Under the pieces are notes generated by a model. It was not told the origin of the DNA. It did not search any database and saw only the letters and a program-made list of their open reading frames with translations. From assembly GCA_965652265.1 (NCBI GenBank), contig CBFGUT010000001.1, positions 1 through 52,761 on the forward strand: a stretch of 52,761 bases of DNA, written 5' to 3'. Source of the stretch: an uncultured Cellvibrionaceae bacterium. GTDB taxonomy: Bacteria > Pseudomonadota > Gammaproteobacteria > Pseudomonadales > Cellvibrionaceae. A program made the translations under genes and the position numbers. This document shows, in pieces, positions 1 through 9,329 of the stretch (the stretch's first letter is position 1; each line of letters begins with the position of its first letter).

Positions 1-287
1 GTGGGCAACGCCGAAGGGATTGGGGTTTCTGCGGGGGTCGTGGTCACTGGCAATCCGTCACAGCTGTGGTGGTCCGAGGCGCGCACTATAGTATAGCGAG
101 CGGGTTGGCGCTACGGTGGCAGTGACTGGGTCTGTAAAGAAAGGTTGGATGTCTGATGTCTTATGTTCAAGAGTGTAACCTGCATAGAGCGTAAAATATG
201 CCACTGTTACCAGAGGCTTGAATCATCGACAAGGAATGACCGGCTTTTAGCTGCTATGCTGTGGTAGCAACTAAAAAGGAAATAGCT

Positions 288-707
288 ATGAAAGCGCAAT
301 TTTCCGGGTTTCTGGCGGGTTGGGCGGCCGGGGTGACGTTGGTGGTGGCCAGCACCTGGACGCTGGGCTACACCAATGCCATTACCCTCCCCGGACCACT
401 GGCCGAGCACATTTACCAGGGTGGCTTTATGGGTGCGGTGCTTCACTATGCCTGGCTGGTACTGGTGGTTTACGGGCTGGGTGCAGGCCTATTGGCGGCG
501 GCTCTCAGTTACGCCCTGATTAAGTGGCTGCCCTGGCCCCGTCGCTGGAAAATTGCCGGTCTCGCCAGTGGCAGTGTCATTATTCTTTACGCCGCCTTCC
601 CTGCCAATCTTATCTCCACCCACCCTGGCTATCACCTCTACCCCGCTACTGTGGTGGCCTGCATACTGTTTACCTGCTTTTTTCTTCGCAAGACGATCAA
701 CCCCTAA
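288..707 (+). CDS. Hypothetical inner-membrane protein (about 4 TM segments)
   Basis: ORF 261..707. Likely ATG at 288 behind an AAGGA RBS. Several hydrophobic helices; no family recognised. Confidence 0.65.
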   Translation: MKAQFSGFLAGWAAGVTLVVASTWTLGYTNAITLPGPLAEHIYQGGFMGAVLHYAWLVLVVYGLGAGLLAAALSYALIKWLPWPRRWKIAGLASGSVIILYAAFPANLISTHPGYHLYPATVVACILFTCFFLRKTINP

Positions 708-848
708 TTTACATAGACAAGCCAGTAATCCTTCAGATTTTGGTATTCGCCAAATTCTAATTCCCAGCACTGAGTGCTAGATAATTTCACATTCATTTCA
801 CTTGCCCTGCAACACACTCTTGTTCTCGATATTTAAGAGGACAGGATT

Positions 849-1924
849 ATGTGGAAAAAACTGGTTGCCGTGCTGGCACTGCTGGTGGTGGGTTTGGGGC
901 TGGCGGGGTTCTGGTTGGCCTCCCTGTTGGAAGACGACAGCGCTCGCCAGGCCCTGCGGGAAACCCGGCCGGGGGATCTGGATTATTTGCAACAAAAGCC
1001 CGATCAGACCCGGGGGAAAATTCTGGCAGTGGTGACCAATGTGGACAGCCTGGGACCCAACGGAAAATACACCGGTTATGAACTCACCGAGCTTGCCCGT
1101 GCCTATTATGTCTTCGAGACCAATGGCTTTAAAGTGGATATTGCCAGCCCCCTGGGAGGAGAGCCTCCGGCGGTTATCGATGGCGATGATATGGGGCGTT
1201 ACGACTACGCCTTCTTAAATGACAAGATTGCCCAACACAAAATCAAACATTCGCTGCCTCTGGATACTGTCAATTCAAACGAATACAGCGCTGTTTTTTT
1301 GTCGGCGGCAAGGGCGCCATGTTTGATTTTCCGGACGACCCGACTATTCAAGCCCTGGTGCGCGATTACTATTAACAGGGCAAGGTCATTGGCGCTGTCT
1401 GCCACGGACCCGCGGCCCTCACCAACGTCACCCTTGATGACGGTCAACCACTCCTTGCCGGTAAGTTAGTTACAGGATTCACCAATCGCGAAGAATTGCT
1501 GTTAATTCCCGATGCCCGGGAGATTTTTCCGTTTCTGTTACAGGACCGCTTAATCCAGAGCGGTGCCCGGTTTAGTGAAGGCGCCATGTATCTGAATAAT
1601 ATCAGCCAGGATCAACACCTGCTGACGGGACAGAACCCCTGGTCGGTGTGGGCACTGGCCGAGGCCATGGTCAGCCAGTTGGGTTACCAGCCAGTACCGC
1701 GACTCAAAACCGCCGAGGAAAATACCGTACTGTTGTTGCATATCTACGAATCCCACGGGTATGACGCGGCCAAAGAGAAATTGCAAGAGTATCGGAGGAC
1801 ATCCAACACCAGCGTCACCCGCAACCTGATGGTAATGCACAGCCTGGTGGCCGCCATGCAGTGGCGTCTGGGCAAGACTATCGATCTGATAAGTCTGGCA
1901 CGATTGGAGAAGAGCCTGGGATAA
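849..1924 (+). pseudogene. Disrupted DJ-1/PfpI (type 1 glutamine amidotransferase-like) family protein
   Basis: The 5' part has GKILAVVT and TGYELTELARAYYVF. After a T7 run (1294-1300) the family reading VGGKGAMFDF...GAVCHGP...TGQNPWS continues in another frame, which also has an in-frame TAA at 1373-1375. Confidence 0.85.
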
Positions 1925-1961
1925 CGATCGATGAGTCATCGATCATTGATTAAGCGAAGAC

Positions 1962-1986
1962 AAAAAAACGCCCGGCGAACCGGGCG
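1962..1986 (-). terminator. Intrinsic terminator downstream of the S8 protease gene
   Basis: Hairpin CGCCCGG-CGAA-CCGGGCG next to A7 on the + strand (U-tail on the - strand). Confidence 0.75.
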
Positions 1987-2092
1987 CAAGAGGGTTATGA
2001 CATTCGCATAACGATACGAAATCAGTCAAGCTAAATCAATTCCTATGCTCTCAATACTCCTCATCTCGCTAAAAGGCACCAAATTTTAGAAC

Positions 2093-5000
2093 TTAAAGTA
2101 AAACACAGCGGTATACCTTTATATCTGGCAAGCTTCGAAAGCTCGGGTTGCCAAGCGAATCCCGTGCTTCCAAGGTTAATCTCACTACCTGCCCCGAGTA
2201 ACAACTATTTAACTGAGCAAAACTGCCTAGCAAATCATTGAGATTAGCGCTGCTCGGTGTCCAGCTAAGATTGCCGCTTGAAGTACTACTACTCAGTTGC
2301 ACGTTGCTGCGCCAAACAGTCGTACTATCGGGCTCAAATGAGGTGGCACGCCATATATAGGTAATGGGATTATCTCCCTCTGGATCGGTGGCGCTGGCAT
2401 TCGCCGTCAATGTGGTTTCCCAATTATAGCCATCGTCGTAATTACTAGCATCAGGACTTAAGTTGCCCATGGAAATGGTGGGCGGTAAATTGTCAGGAGC
2501 CGGGCTGACGGTGATGGTGACAGACTCAGAGCTGCTAAGGCCCTCCGGGTCGGTGGCAGTGAGAGTAATCGTACGGCTACCCGTGCTGGCAAAAGTAGGT
2601 CGGCGATTACAGCTGCCCGTGCGGGGGAAGTAGGTGTCGCTGGCATTACTACTGGTCCAGGTACAGGACAAATTGCCGGGCCCTGGATCTGGCCCTTCAT
2701 TTATATCGGTAGCGGAGCCCAGCAATTGCACTTCTTGCCCCACATAAATCGTCGAACTGGACGTGGGCTGAGAGATATTCACCACCGGTGGCGAGTTAAT
2801 CACATTGACCGAGTCACTGGCACTGGTTGTTTGACCAACCAGATCTTCCACGGTGACTGTGACGCTGGTATTTCCTGCTGTGTCAAATCGATAAAACGCC
2901 GTGTTGCCAACAATCCGGTCAGGTTCGGGGCTCCACGATAGTGGGCAGGCAACAGGTGGGCAGGAACCACCATATTCCGAGTCGCTGACCACAGCGGTAA
3001 TAGACCACTCGCGATTAAGCGGGACCGTCGCCGAGCTGTTTAGTGTTACGGTGGGAGGCTCGCCTGCTAACACCTCCTCAATGGCGCCAAAAGCGTTAAT
3101 TCTTCGCTGGTGTCCAGTAACACCCACTCCCCCCACATGTGCGGTATCGCGCACAATAGCCCAAACCTGCTGAGACGTCAGTGAAGGATCCGCTGCCCAA
3201 ACCAGAGCAGCAACCCCCGCCACAAAGGGGGATGAAAAACTGGTACCGTGAATCTTGCGGGCTGCATCAGCGGGTGCATCGGGGTCAGCGCCTCGCCAAA
3301 CAGTGAAAGGCCCGTAAATATCCACACTGTTGTTATCAGTCCGAGAGCCAAAGTTGGAGCCCCCGTCAAGTGAAGCCGAGTTATGAGCCATTCCGCCCAC
3401 ACAGATGACTGTATCCAATTCACAAGGCAGTGTAATGCCCCCTTCAATACCCAACCCGTTTCGCGCATCCACATCGCTGCCAGCATTACCAGCTGAGGCA
3501 AAAATCAATTTATTGGAGCCAGTAACTGAACTGGTGATGCCGCTCAATATTTCACTGGGAGTGGGGCAGAAGAAGCAGAATATTCTCGATGCCACATCCC
3601 AGCCAGCACCCAACTCCAGCGAAAAACTCATATTGATTATTTGTACTTGAGGAAGAGTGCTAATAGTTTCGGCCAGGGTTTCAATGATATCCACCACATT
3701 GGTACTAAATTGCACAGCAATCAACCGTCCCACTGGACCTGCCGGGCCCGCTACGCCAACGTTGTTATCGGGGACGCCCATGGCTGCCGTTGCTACGTGG
3801 GTGCCATGCCAGGGGCAGGGGTTGCCGCCACTGCAATCCGAGGCATTGGGGATATTCCAGCCGCGCCCGATAATTTGCCTGTTCGTCGGAAAATCAACAC
3901 TGGGGGAAAAACCTCCATCCATGATCATAATGGACACTTTATTGCTAAAACGTCCACCACGCTCCATTGCCTGCCAGGCGGCACCAACGCCAATATCCTG
4001 GGCACTGCCCTGATTCATATAGGTCCACTCAAAGGCGTCCGATGAATAGTCACCATCGCCCGAAGTGGCTGCCTCGGTGGTGCTGCCGCTACGAATATCC
4101 TGGGGCGAAGCCACAAAATTGGGAAATACACTGATCTGTTCCTGATGCATTTCTGTATAGGCTATGGCCAGCAGCTTGGCGGCCGCATCACTGGAGGCCT
4201 GGAACAGGCCAGACGCATCCGGATAAAGTTCGTTAAGCGTAGTGATCATGGCCGCGGCATCCGCGGTTGATGGGTCTATTGCTATCCGGTAGGTGGAAAA
4301 GCCATCTTCCATCTCGACTTTTTTGAGCAAGCTGCCGCTCCAGCGGCCCATAATATTGTTTACCTTGGCTTCATCGTCGGTATAGATAACCAGTTCATTG
4401 AGCAGAAAATCTGTGGCCACACCCCCACCATCAACCATGCGCCCCACAGGGCGGGATACACCTTCGGCATCCTCCACTGTACTCTGCGCGGGCTCTATGC
4501 TGGTATCCACGTCAATGCTGATTTCAGTGGGCCCGGGGTTGGCACTAAGCTCCAGGCTGGGCTCACTTTCATCACTGACGTTGTAGGCGGTGACCACCAG
4601 GTAATAGGTGGTGGCATTGACCAGGCCGGTCAGTACATAGGGCGACTCTATGTCCTCGATACGGGCACCCCCTTCAAGGCTGGTATAGTTGTCAGGTGTG
4701 ACCCCGGCCTCGCTGGCATAATAAAGGTTATAGCCACTGGCACCGCTAACCGAATCCCAGCTCAGGCTTAACTGCTCATTGTCCGGTTCAAGGGCAAAGC
4801 CTTCGGGTGCACCGAGACTTCCCGGGGCAAAATTCACGGTAATGGTACAGGCGTCGTTAATGGGCCCGGTTTGGTAGATATTGCCGTCCAGGCTGCCTCC
4901 GCAACCTGTGGCACTGTCAATACTGTAGCCCGCTTCCGGGGTCAGAGTGAACTGGGTGCTCTGGCCCGAGGCTACCCTGGCGGAGTTGGGAGCAACACTG

Positions 5001-5140
5001 CCCCCGGTGGTTTCCGCAACGCTAACGGTATGTGTGGTGGCAGGAGGCGGATTGGAGCCGCCACCACTGGAACCACCACCACAGGCGGCGAGAATGCTGA
5101 CAAGGCACAGGCATAGTCCGATATGATTTAGCACTGACAT
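2093..5140 (-). CDS. S8 (subtilisin-like) serine protease lipoprotein with Fn3-like and Ig/PKD-like accessory domains
   Basis: Lipobox LAAC followed by a Gly/Pro linker. Triad motifs IMDGGF, HGTHVA and GTSFSSP; oxyanion SAGN. Fn3-like segment LSWDSVSGASGYNLYY; C-terminal PxV/DxxG Ig-like repeats. Confidence 0.92.
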   Translation of the reverse strand: MSVLNHIGLCLCLVSILAACGGGSSGGGSNPPPATTHTVSVAETTGGSVAPNSARVASGQSTQFTLTPEAGYSIDSATGCGGSLDGNIYQTGPINDACTITVNFAPGSLGAPEGFALEPDNEQLSLSWDSVSGASGYNLYYASEAGVTPDNYTSLEGGARIEDIESPYVLTGLVNATTYYLVVTAYNVSDESEPSLELSANPGPTEISIDVDTSIEPAQSTVEDAEGVSRPVGRMVDGGGVATDFLLNELVIYTDDEAKVNNIMGRWSGSLLKKVEMEDGFSTYRIAIDPSTADAAAMITTLNELYPDASGLFQASSDAAAKLLAIAYTEMHQEQISVFPNFVASPQDIRSGSTTEAATSGDGDYSSDAFEWTYMNQGSAQDIGVGAAWQAMERGGRFSNKVSIMIMDGGFSPSVDFPTNRQIIGRGWNIPNASDCSGGNPCPWHGTHVATAAMGVPDNNVGVAGPAGPVGRLIAVQFSTNVVDIIETLAETISTLPQVQIINMSFSLELGAGWDVASRIFCFFCPTPSEILSGITSSVTGSNKLIFASAGNAGSDVDARNGLGIEGGITLPCELDTVICVGGMAHNSASLDGGSNFGSRTDNNSVDIYGPFTVWRGADPDAPADAARKIHGTSFSSPFVAGVAALVWAADPSLTSQQVWAIVRDTAHVGGVGVTGHQRRINAFGAIEEVLAGEPPTVTLNSSATVPLNREWSITAVVSDSEYGGSCPPVACPLSWSPEPDRIVGNTAFYRFDTAGNTSVTVTVEDLVGQTTSASDSVNVINSPPVVNISQPTSSSTIYVGQEVQLLGSATDINEGPDPGPGNLSCTWTSSNASDTYFPRTGSCNRRPTFASTGSRTITLTATDPEGLSSSESVTITVSPAPDNLPPTISMGNLSPDASNYDDGYNWETTLTANASATDPEGDNPITYIWRATSFEPDSTTVWRSNVQLSSSTSSGNLSWTPSSANLNDLLGSFAQLNSCYSGQVVRLTLEARDSLGNPSFRSLPDIKVYRCVLL

Positions 5141-5196
5141 GATGCAACCCCCAATTGATTATTGCCGCCAGTGTGCGGCAAGGGGGGCGTGGCGTG

Positions 5197-5216
5197 TATC
5201 CCCGGTTTACGGGATA
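5197..5216. promoter_or_regulatory. Putative NarL/LuxR-type operator upstream of the S8 gene
   Basis: Inverted repeat TATCCC-N8-GGGATA about 57 bp upstream of the S8 start, overlapping the response regulator stop codon. Confidence 0.4.
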
Positions 5217-5845
5217 TTGGGAGTTATAAGCCCCCGCCGAGCGGCCTGCAGGGTGGCTTCGGCGCGGTTGTGCACCTGCAACTTGCGATAGATGTGTTTG
5301 ACATGATCTCCCACTGTATGGGGGCTGATACACAGCTCATCGCCCACCACTTTGAGAGGCAAGCCCTGGGCAATCAGAGTGAGCACCTGCAACTCGCGCG
5401 CGGTGAGCTCCTCGGTGGGCCGGGGCTGAAAGTAATCCAGCACACGTCGGGCAATGCGCGGCGACAGTGGTGGCTGCTCCTCGGCAATGCCAGCCAGGTG
5501 GCGGGCCAATTGATCGGCACTTTGCTCCTTGAGCAAATAACCGCGCGCCCCCAGGCGCAAAGCCTCAAATATATAATCATCGTCGGCAAAGGCGGTGGTG
5601 ACGACCCAGTATATATTGCGCCCTCCGGTTTCGGACAACAGTGTCATGCCATTGCCATCGGGCAAATGCAGGTCCAGCAGTGCCAGATCCACAGGCGTGT
5701 CGTGCAAAACCTGGCGCGCCTGCTGCAGATGAACCGCTTGGTGTATCCTTGCCGAGGGGAAAACCCGGGTCACGATGTCCGCCAACCAGGTACGGGTCTC
5801 CGCCACATCCTCCACAATCAGTATATTGTCAGCTTGTAGGCTCAT
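5207..5845 (-). CDS. NarL/LuxR-family response regulator
   Basis: REC domain (ILIVED, LLDLHLPDG, GARGYLLK) plus LuxR HTH (LTARELQVL...HVKHIYRKL). ATG at 5845 overlaps the kinase stop (ATGA). Confidence 0.95.
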   Translation of the reverse strand: MSLQADNILIVEDVAETRTWLADIVTRVFPSARIHQAVHLQQARQVLHDTPVDLALLDLHLPDGNGMTLLSETGGRNIYWVVTTAFADDDYIFEALRLGARGYLLKEQSADQLARHLAGIAEEQPPLSPRIARRVLDYFQPRPTEELTARELQVLTLIAQGLPLKVVGDELCISPHTVGDHVKHIYRKLQVHNRAEATLQAARRGLITPNIP

Positions 5846-7986
5846 GCATTCCCCCACGGCCAATGGGTGGGCAAAGTCAAGATAACCGCCAACCGATCAG
5901 CTGCTTTCTGCCAACGGATATCACCTCCCAGGTCGGCCATGCGTCGGCGTATGGTCATGAGTCCCGTACCCGCCTGCCATTCGGCCGGATCATCAATAGC
6001 ACCATCCTGGGTTATCCGAATTTGCCAGTCCTCACCATGGTCGGTGACGACCACTTCAATATGCCGCGGGGCGCTGTGGCGCAGACAGTTAGACACGATC
6101 TCACGCAACACGCGCCCCACATTAACGCGCGCCGCCGCGGGCAGGGTCAACGACTCAATGCTGTCTGTCACCCGCCAGTCGAGCCTGATATCAAGCCCTT
6201 CCAATCGCTCGTACAACTCGCGACGCCACTCGGCCAGCGCCTCACTCAGTGCACAACCCTGTGGATGATTGAGGCGGTAAATGGTTTCGCGCAACGCGCG
6301 AATCGCTTCGCTCATCTGTTCCACATTGCGCGGGCTCTCCAAACGGTGAGACAAGGTGAGCAAACGTGCACCCACATCGTCGTGCAGGTCACGCATAATG
6401 CGCTCCCGTTCCTGCCGGGTGGCCGCACGGGCATTGGCCGCCGGCCCCACCATATGTAACAGCGAGGCTACCAGACTACTGTCCTCGGGGCTGAACAGCT
6501 GCCGCCCACCACTGCGATAGGCCAGGGCCACGCCCCTCTCTCCCGCCAGATCGGGCACCTGTAACACCAAACCTTCATCGGTGATAATGGGGGAAGACAA
6601 CGCAAGGGCACAAGGCTGCATTTTCAGCGGTCGAAACAAGCGCGACAGCAAACGGTGCCAGTTTTGATTCAACTCTTCATCGCTGCCGACACTGATCAAA
6701 CTTTCCAGCAGTTCGCGCGGCAACCACTGCATGGGATCTCTGCCCTGCCAGAATAACCGCCGCCACAGCCATTGGCGCAACGGAAAATACACCCAACCCA
6801 CGACAAAAATGGAGAGCGCTAAGACATAAGTGGGAGCGAGGTTAAGCCAGAAAGCCAACAACAGGTCCAGGGCGATTACCGCACTGCCACCCAACAACCA
6901 GAACCAGGCCGTCAACCACCACCGCCCCAACTGAAACAGGCGGTAGCGAACCACCGCCATAATCAGCCCCAGATAACTGACAATGCCAATACCAAAGGCG
7001 ATTTCCAGTGGCAATACGGGCGCTGCCCCCACCAGGGCCGGGAAAAAATACAAGCCCGTCACCACGATCACCCCCGTCATCATCACCAGCACGAACCAGC
7101 GCAATGCGGCCCGATCCACCGGATGGCGCCGGGAACATATCCACTGGATCCCGATAGCGACAAACGTCAGCGGCAGGGCGCAAACCACGGGAAAGGCAAA
7201 GGTATTACCCGGCCAGTCGAAAACTTCAAACAGCTCATTGATAAATAACGACAAGGTGACAATAAACAGCACCCCGAGCACTCGGGTCGATACCAGTCGG
7301 CGGGGATAAACCAGAAAGATGGCCAGGTAGGCGAAAAAAAACAACAGACTGCTGAAGCGGTTGGCAGCGATTGCCCATTCAAAAACCTGAGGGTGAACGC
7401 TGGGCTGGCGGTAAGCGTAAATCAGATTGGACAGGGCAATACCGGCAAAGCTTGCGCCAGCCAGTAACAGCAAATGGCTCGCCGCCTCCCGGCGTCGATA
7501 GCTCCAGACACCCGCGCCCACCAGGAAGGGTATAACACCCGCCGCCATCAACCACCACCAGGGTGACAAGCTGCCCAGGGGGCGACGATAGGACTCCAGC
7601 ACAATCACACGCCCGTCGGCCAGATGCAGCTCCACGTTCGCTTGAGATGTTTCGGTATAGAGTGCGGCCACATGCTCGATCAACGCATTGAGTGCGGTAA
7701 ATGTCCCGATTCGATCGGGATCGCTCACCAGGCTGAGCGGCTCCAGGTTCACCGGCGCCCGGCCCGGCGCGGCAAAGGCCACCACCCGGTCACCCACATC
7801 GATACCGGCCAGTCCGGCTCGATCATCGACAGACAGAACCTGGCCCACACGCTGGGGGTCGGACGCCAGGCGAACGCCAAACCAGGGCGCCGTCAGGATG
7901 AGCCAGAGGCATAGAGACACCGCGAGTACCGCCAGGATAGCGGCCAGCGAAAAGAGTGTCTGAGGCGTGAATAGCGTTCGCTTCAT
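5842..7986 (-). CDS. Membrane sensor histidine kinase (HisKA_3 type) with N-terminal PDZ-like periplasmic domain
   Basis: ERERIMRDLHDDVG H-box, EIVSNCLRH N-box and GTGL G-box. About 10 TM segments; PDZ-like AGIDVGDRVVAF. Confidence 0.9.
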   Translation of the reverse strand: MKRTLFTPQTLFSLAAILAVLAVSLCLWLILTAPWFGVRLASDPQRVGQVLSVDDRAGLAGIDVGDRVVAFAAPGRAPVNLEPLSLVSDPDRIGTFTALNALIEHVAALYTETSQANVELHLADGRVIVLESYRRPLGSLSPWWWLMAAGVIPFLVGAGVWSYRRREAASHLLLLAGASFAGIALSNLIYAYRQPSVHPQVFEWAIAANRFSSLLFFFAYLAIFLVYPRRLVSTRVLGVLFIVTLSLFINELFEVFDWPGNTFAFPVVCALPLTFVAIGIQWICSRRHPVDRAALRWFVLVMMTGVIVVTGLYFFPALVGAAPVLPLEIAFGIGIVSYLGLIMAVVRYRLFQLGRWWLTAWFWLLGGSAVIALDLLLAFWLNLAPTYVLALSIFVVGWVYFPLRQWLWRRLFWQGRDPMQWLPRELLESLISVGSDEELNQNWHRLLSRLFRPLKMQPCALALSSPIITDEGLVLQVPDLAGERGVALAYRSGGRQLFSPEDSSLVASLLHMVGPAANARAATRQERERIMRDLHDDVGARLLTLSHRLESPRNVEQMSEAIRALRETIYRLNHPQGCALSEALAEWRRELYERLEGLDIRLDWRVTDSIESLTLPAAARVNVGRVLREIVSNCLRHSAPRHIEVVVTDHGEDWQIRITQDGAIDDPAEWQAGTGLMTIRRRMADLGGDIRWQKAADRLAVILTLPTHWPWGNA

Positions 7987-8159
7987 AGGTGCCGGCCCCC
8001 TACCGGTCCATCAAAAGCCCATGATCCGCCGTCTATTGCATTATTATTGTCACTCAGCTTATCACAGGAAAACCGGAGACCACCGATAGTTTTTGACAGC
8101 ACGTCTCAAAATGAAAAATAATGTGCCGCTGTTAACAGCCTCCCCCATAAGGATACGCC

Positions 8160-8618
8160 ATGATCACCCCCACAATTGCCGCCAGTATTGATGAATCCGT
8201 GCTCTGCTGGCTGGCGACGGTGGACACAGAGGGTCAGCCCAATGTGTCTCCCAAGGAGGTCTTCAAAGCCTTCGGTGAAAAAAATCTGCTTATCGCCCAT
8301 ATCGCCTCGCCCATCAGCGTGCAGAATATTGTCCACAACCCCCAGGTGTGCGTGAGCTTTGTACATGTTTTTAAACAGAAGGGTTACAAGCTAAAGGGGC
8401 AGGCGCGAATTCTGACTCCAGGCGATGCCGGTTTTGAAGAGCGGCACACCCTGTTATATCAACTGGCTGGAGATCGCTTTGCCATTAAAAGTGTGATTGA
8501 CGTCAGCGTGACCGAAGCAGCACCCATTGTGGCCCCCAGTTACTATCTCTTTCCTGAGACCACTGAATCCTCTCAAGTGGAAAGCGCCATGGACACCTAC
8601 GGAGTGCGACCGCGATAG
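8160..8618 (+). CDS. Pyridoxamine 5'-phosphate oxidase-like FMN-binding split-barrel protein
   Basis: Motifs WLATVDTEGQPNVSPK, NIVHNPQV and GYKLKG; AAGGA RBS. Confidence 0.88.
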   Translation: MITPTIAASIDESVLCWLATVDTEGQPNVSPKEVFKAFGEKNLLIAHIASPISVQNIVHNPQVCVSFVHVFKQKGYKLKGQARILTPGDAGFEERHTLLYQLAGDRFAIKSVIDVSVTEAAPIVAPSYYLFPETTESSQVESAMDTYGVRPR

Positions 8619-8633
8619 TTTGCCGCTGAGGGT

Positions 8634-9329
8634 TTATAGCGACCATAAACGTCTGAATTCCGTGGCCTGCCGCTTGGAAATAACCACCTCGAGACCGTTT
8701 TGCAAGCTGACATCGAACCCCCCACTCACGGCCGGCTGGATGTCGTCCACGTAGGCGGTATTGATTATCCAGCTGCGACTGGCGCGAAAGTACTGTGACG
8801 GGTCCAGGCGTTCGGCGATGGCGCTAATGGGACGGTATACCGAGGGCACGGCATCGGCCAGATGAACGCGGGTATAATTGCCCATGGCTTCGAAAGCATA
8901 GATTTCGCGCAAGCACACGAAAAAGCAACGCTCCCCGTCCTTGATAAAAATCCGCTGCTCGGCCGACAGTGGCGCGTTTTGCCGGCGCACCTCAACTTTC
9001 TCCAAAGCCGCTCTGAGCCTTTCCTGACGCACCGGTTTGAGCAGATAATCCAGCGCGTTAACCTCGAAGGACTGGATAGCGTATTCGTCAAAGGCGGTGA
9101 CAAAAATCACTTGAGGAACGGAAACCGCCTGCGCGAGCACATCAAATCCGTTGCCATCGGGCAGATCGATATCCAGCAACAACACATCCACCCTTTCTCT
9201 GGCAAGACATGCCAAAGTCTCGGCCACCGTGGCCGCCTCAAAGACCGGCTCCACACTCCCGATATCCGCCAACTGCTGTTTGAGTTCCAGGCGCGCCAGG
9301 CGGCTGTCATCAACAATACCTACTCGCAT
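8634..9329 (-). CDS. LytR/AlgR-family response regulator
   Basis: REC domain (IVDD, FVTAFDEYAIQSFEVNALDYLLKP) plus LytTR domain (FRASRSWIIN). Confidence 0.95.
   Translation of the reverse strand: MRVGIVDDSRLARLELKQQLADIGSVEPVFEAATVAETLACLARERVDVLLLDIDLPDGNGFDVLAQAVSVPQVIFVTAFDEYAIQSFEVNALDYLLKPVRQERLRAALEKVEVRRQNAPLSAEQRIFIKDGERCFFVCLREIYAFEAMGNYTRVHLADAVPSVYRPISAIAERLDPSQYFRASRSWIINTAYVDDIQPAVSGGFDVSLQNGLEVVISKRQATEFRRLWSL

Noticed and set aside
1-47. Possible 5' end of a minus-strand gene (GTG at 47, MTTTPAETPIPSALP)
   Set aside because: Too short at the window edge to support.
1294-1300. Phase-variable or programmed frameshift at T7
   Set aside because: The restored frame still hits TAA at 1373-1375, so slippage alone cannot give a full protein.
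8160-8618. FMN-binding protein as the halogenase's flavin reductase
   Set aside because: It is about 18 kb away in an unrelated context, and nothing links the two genes.
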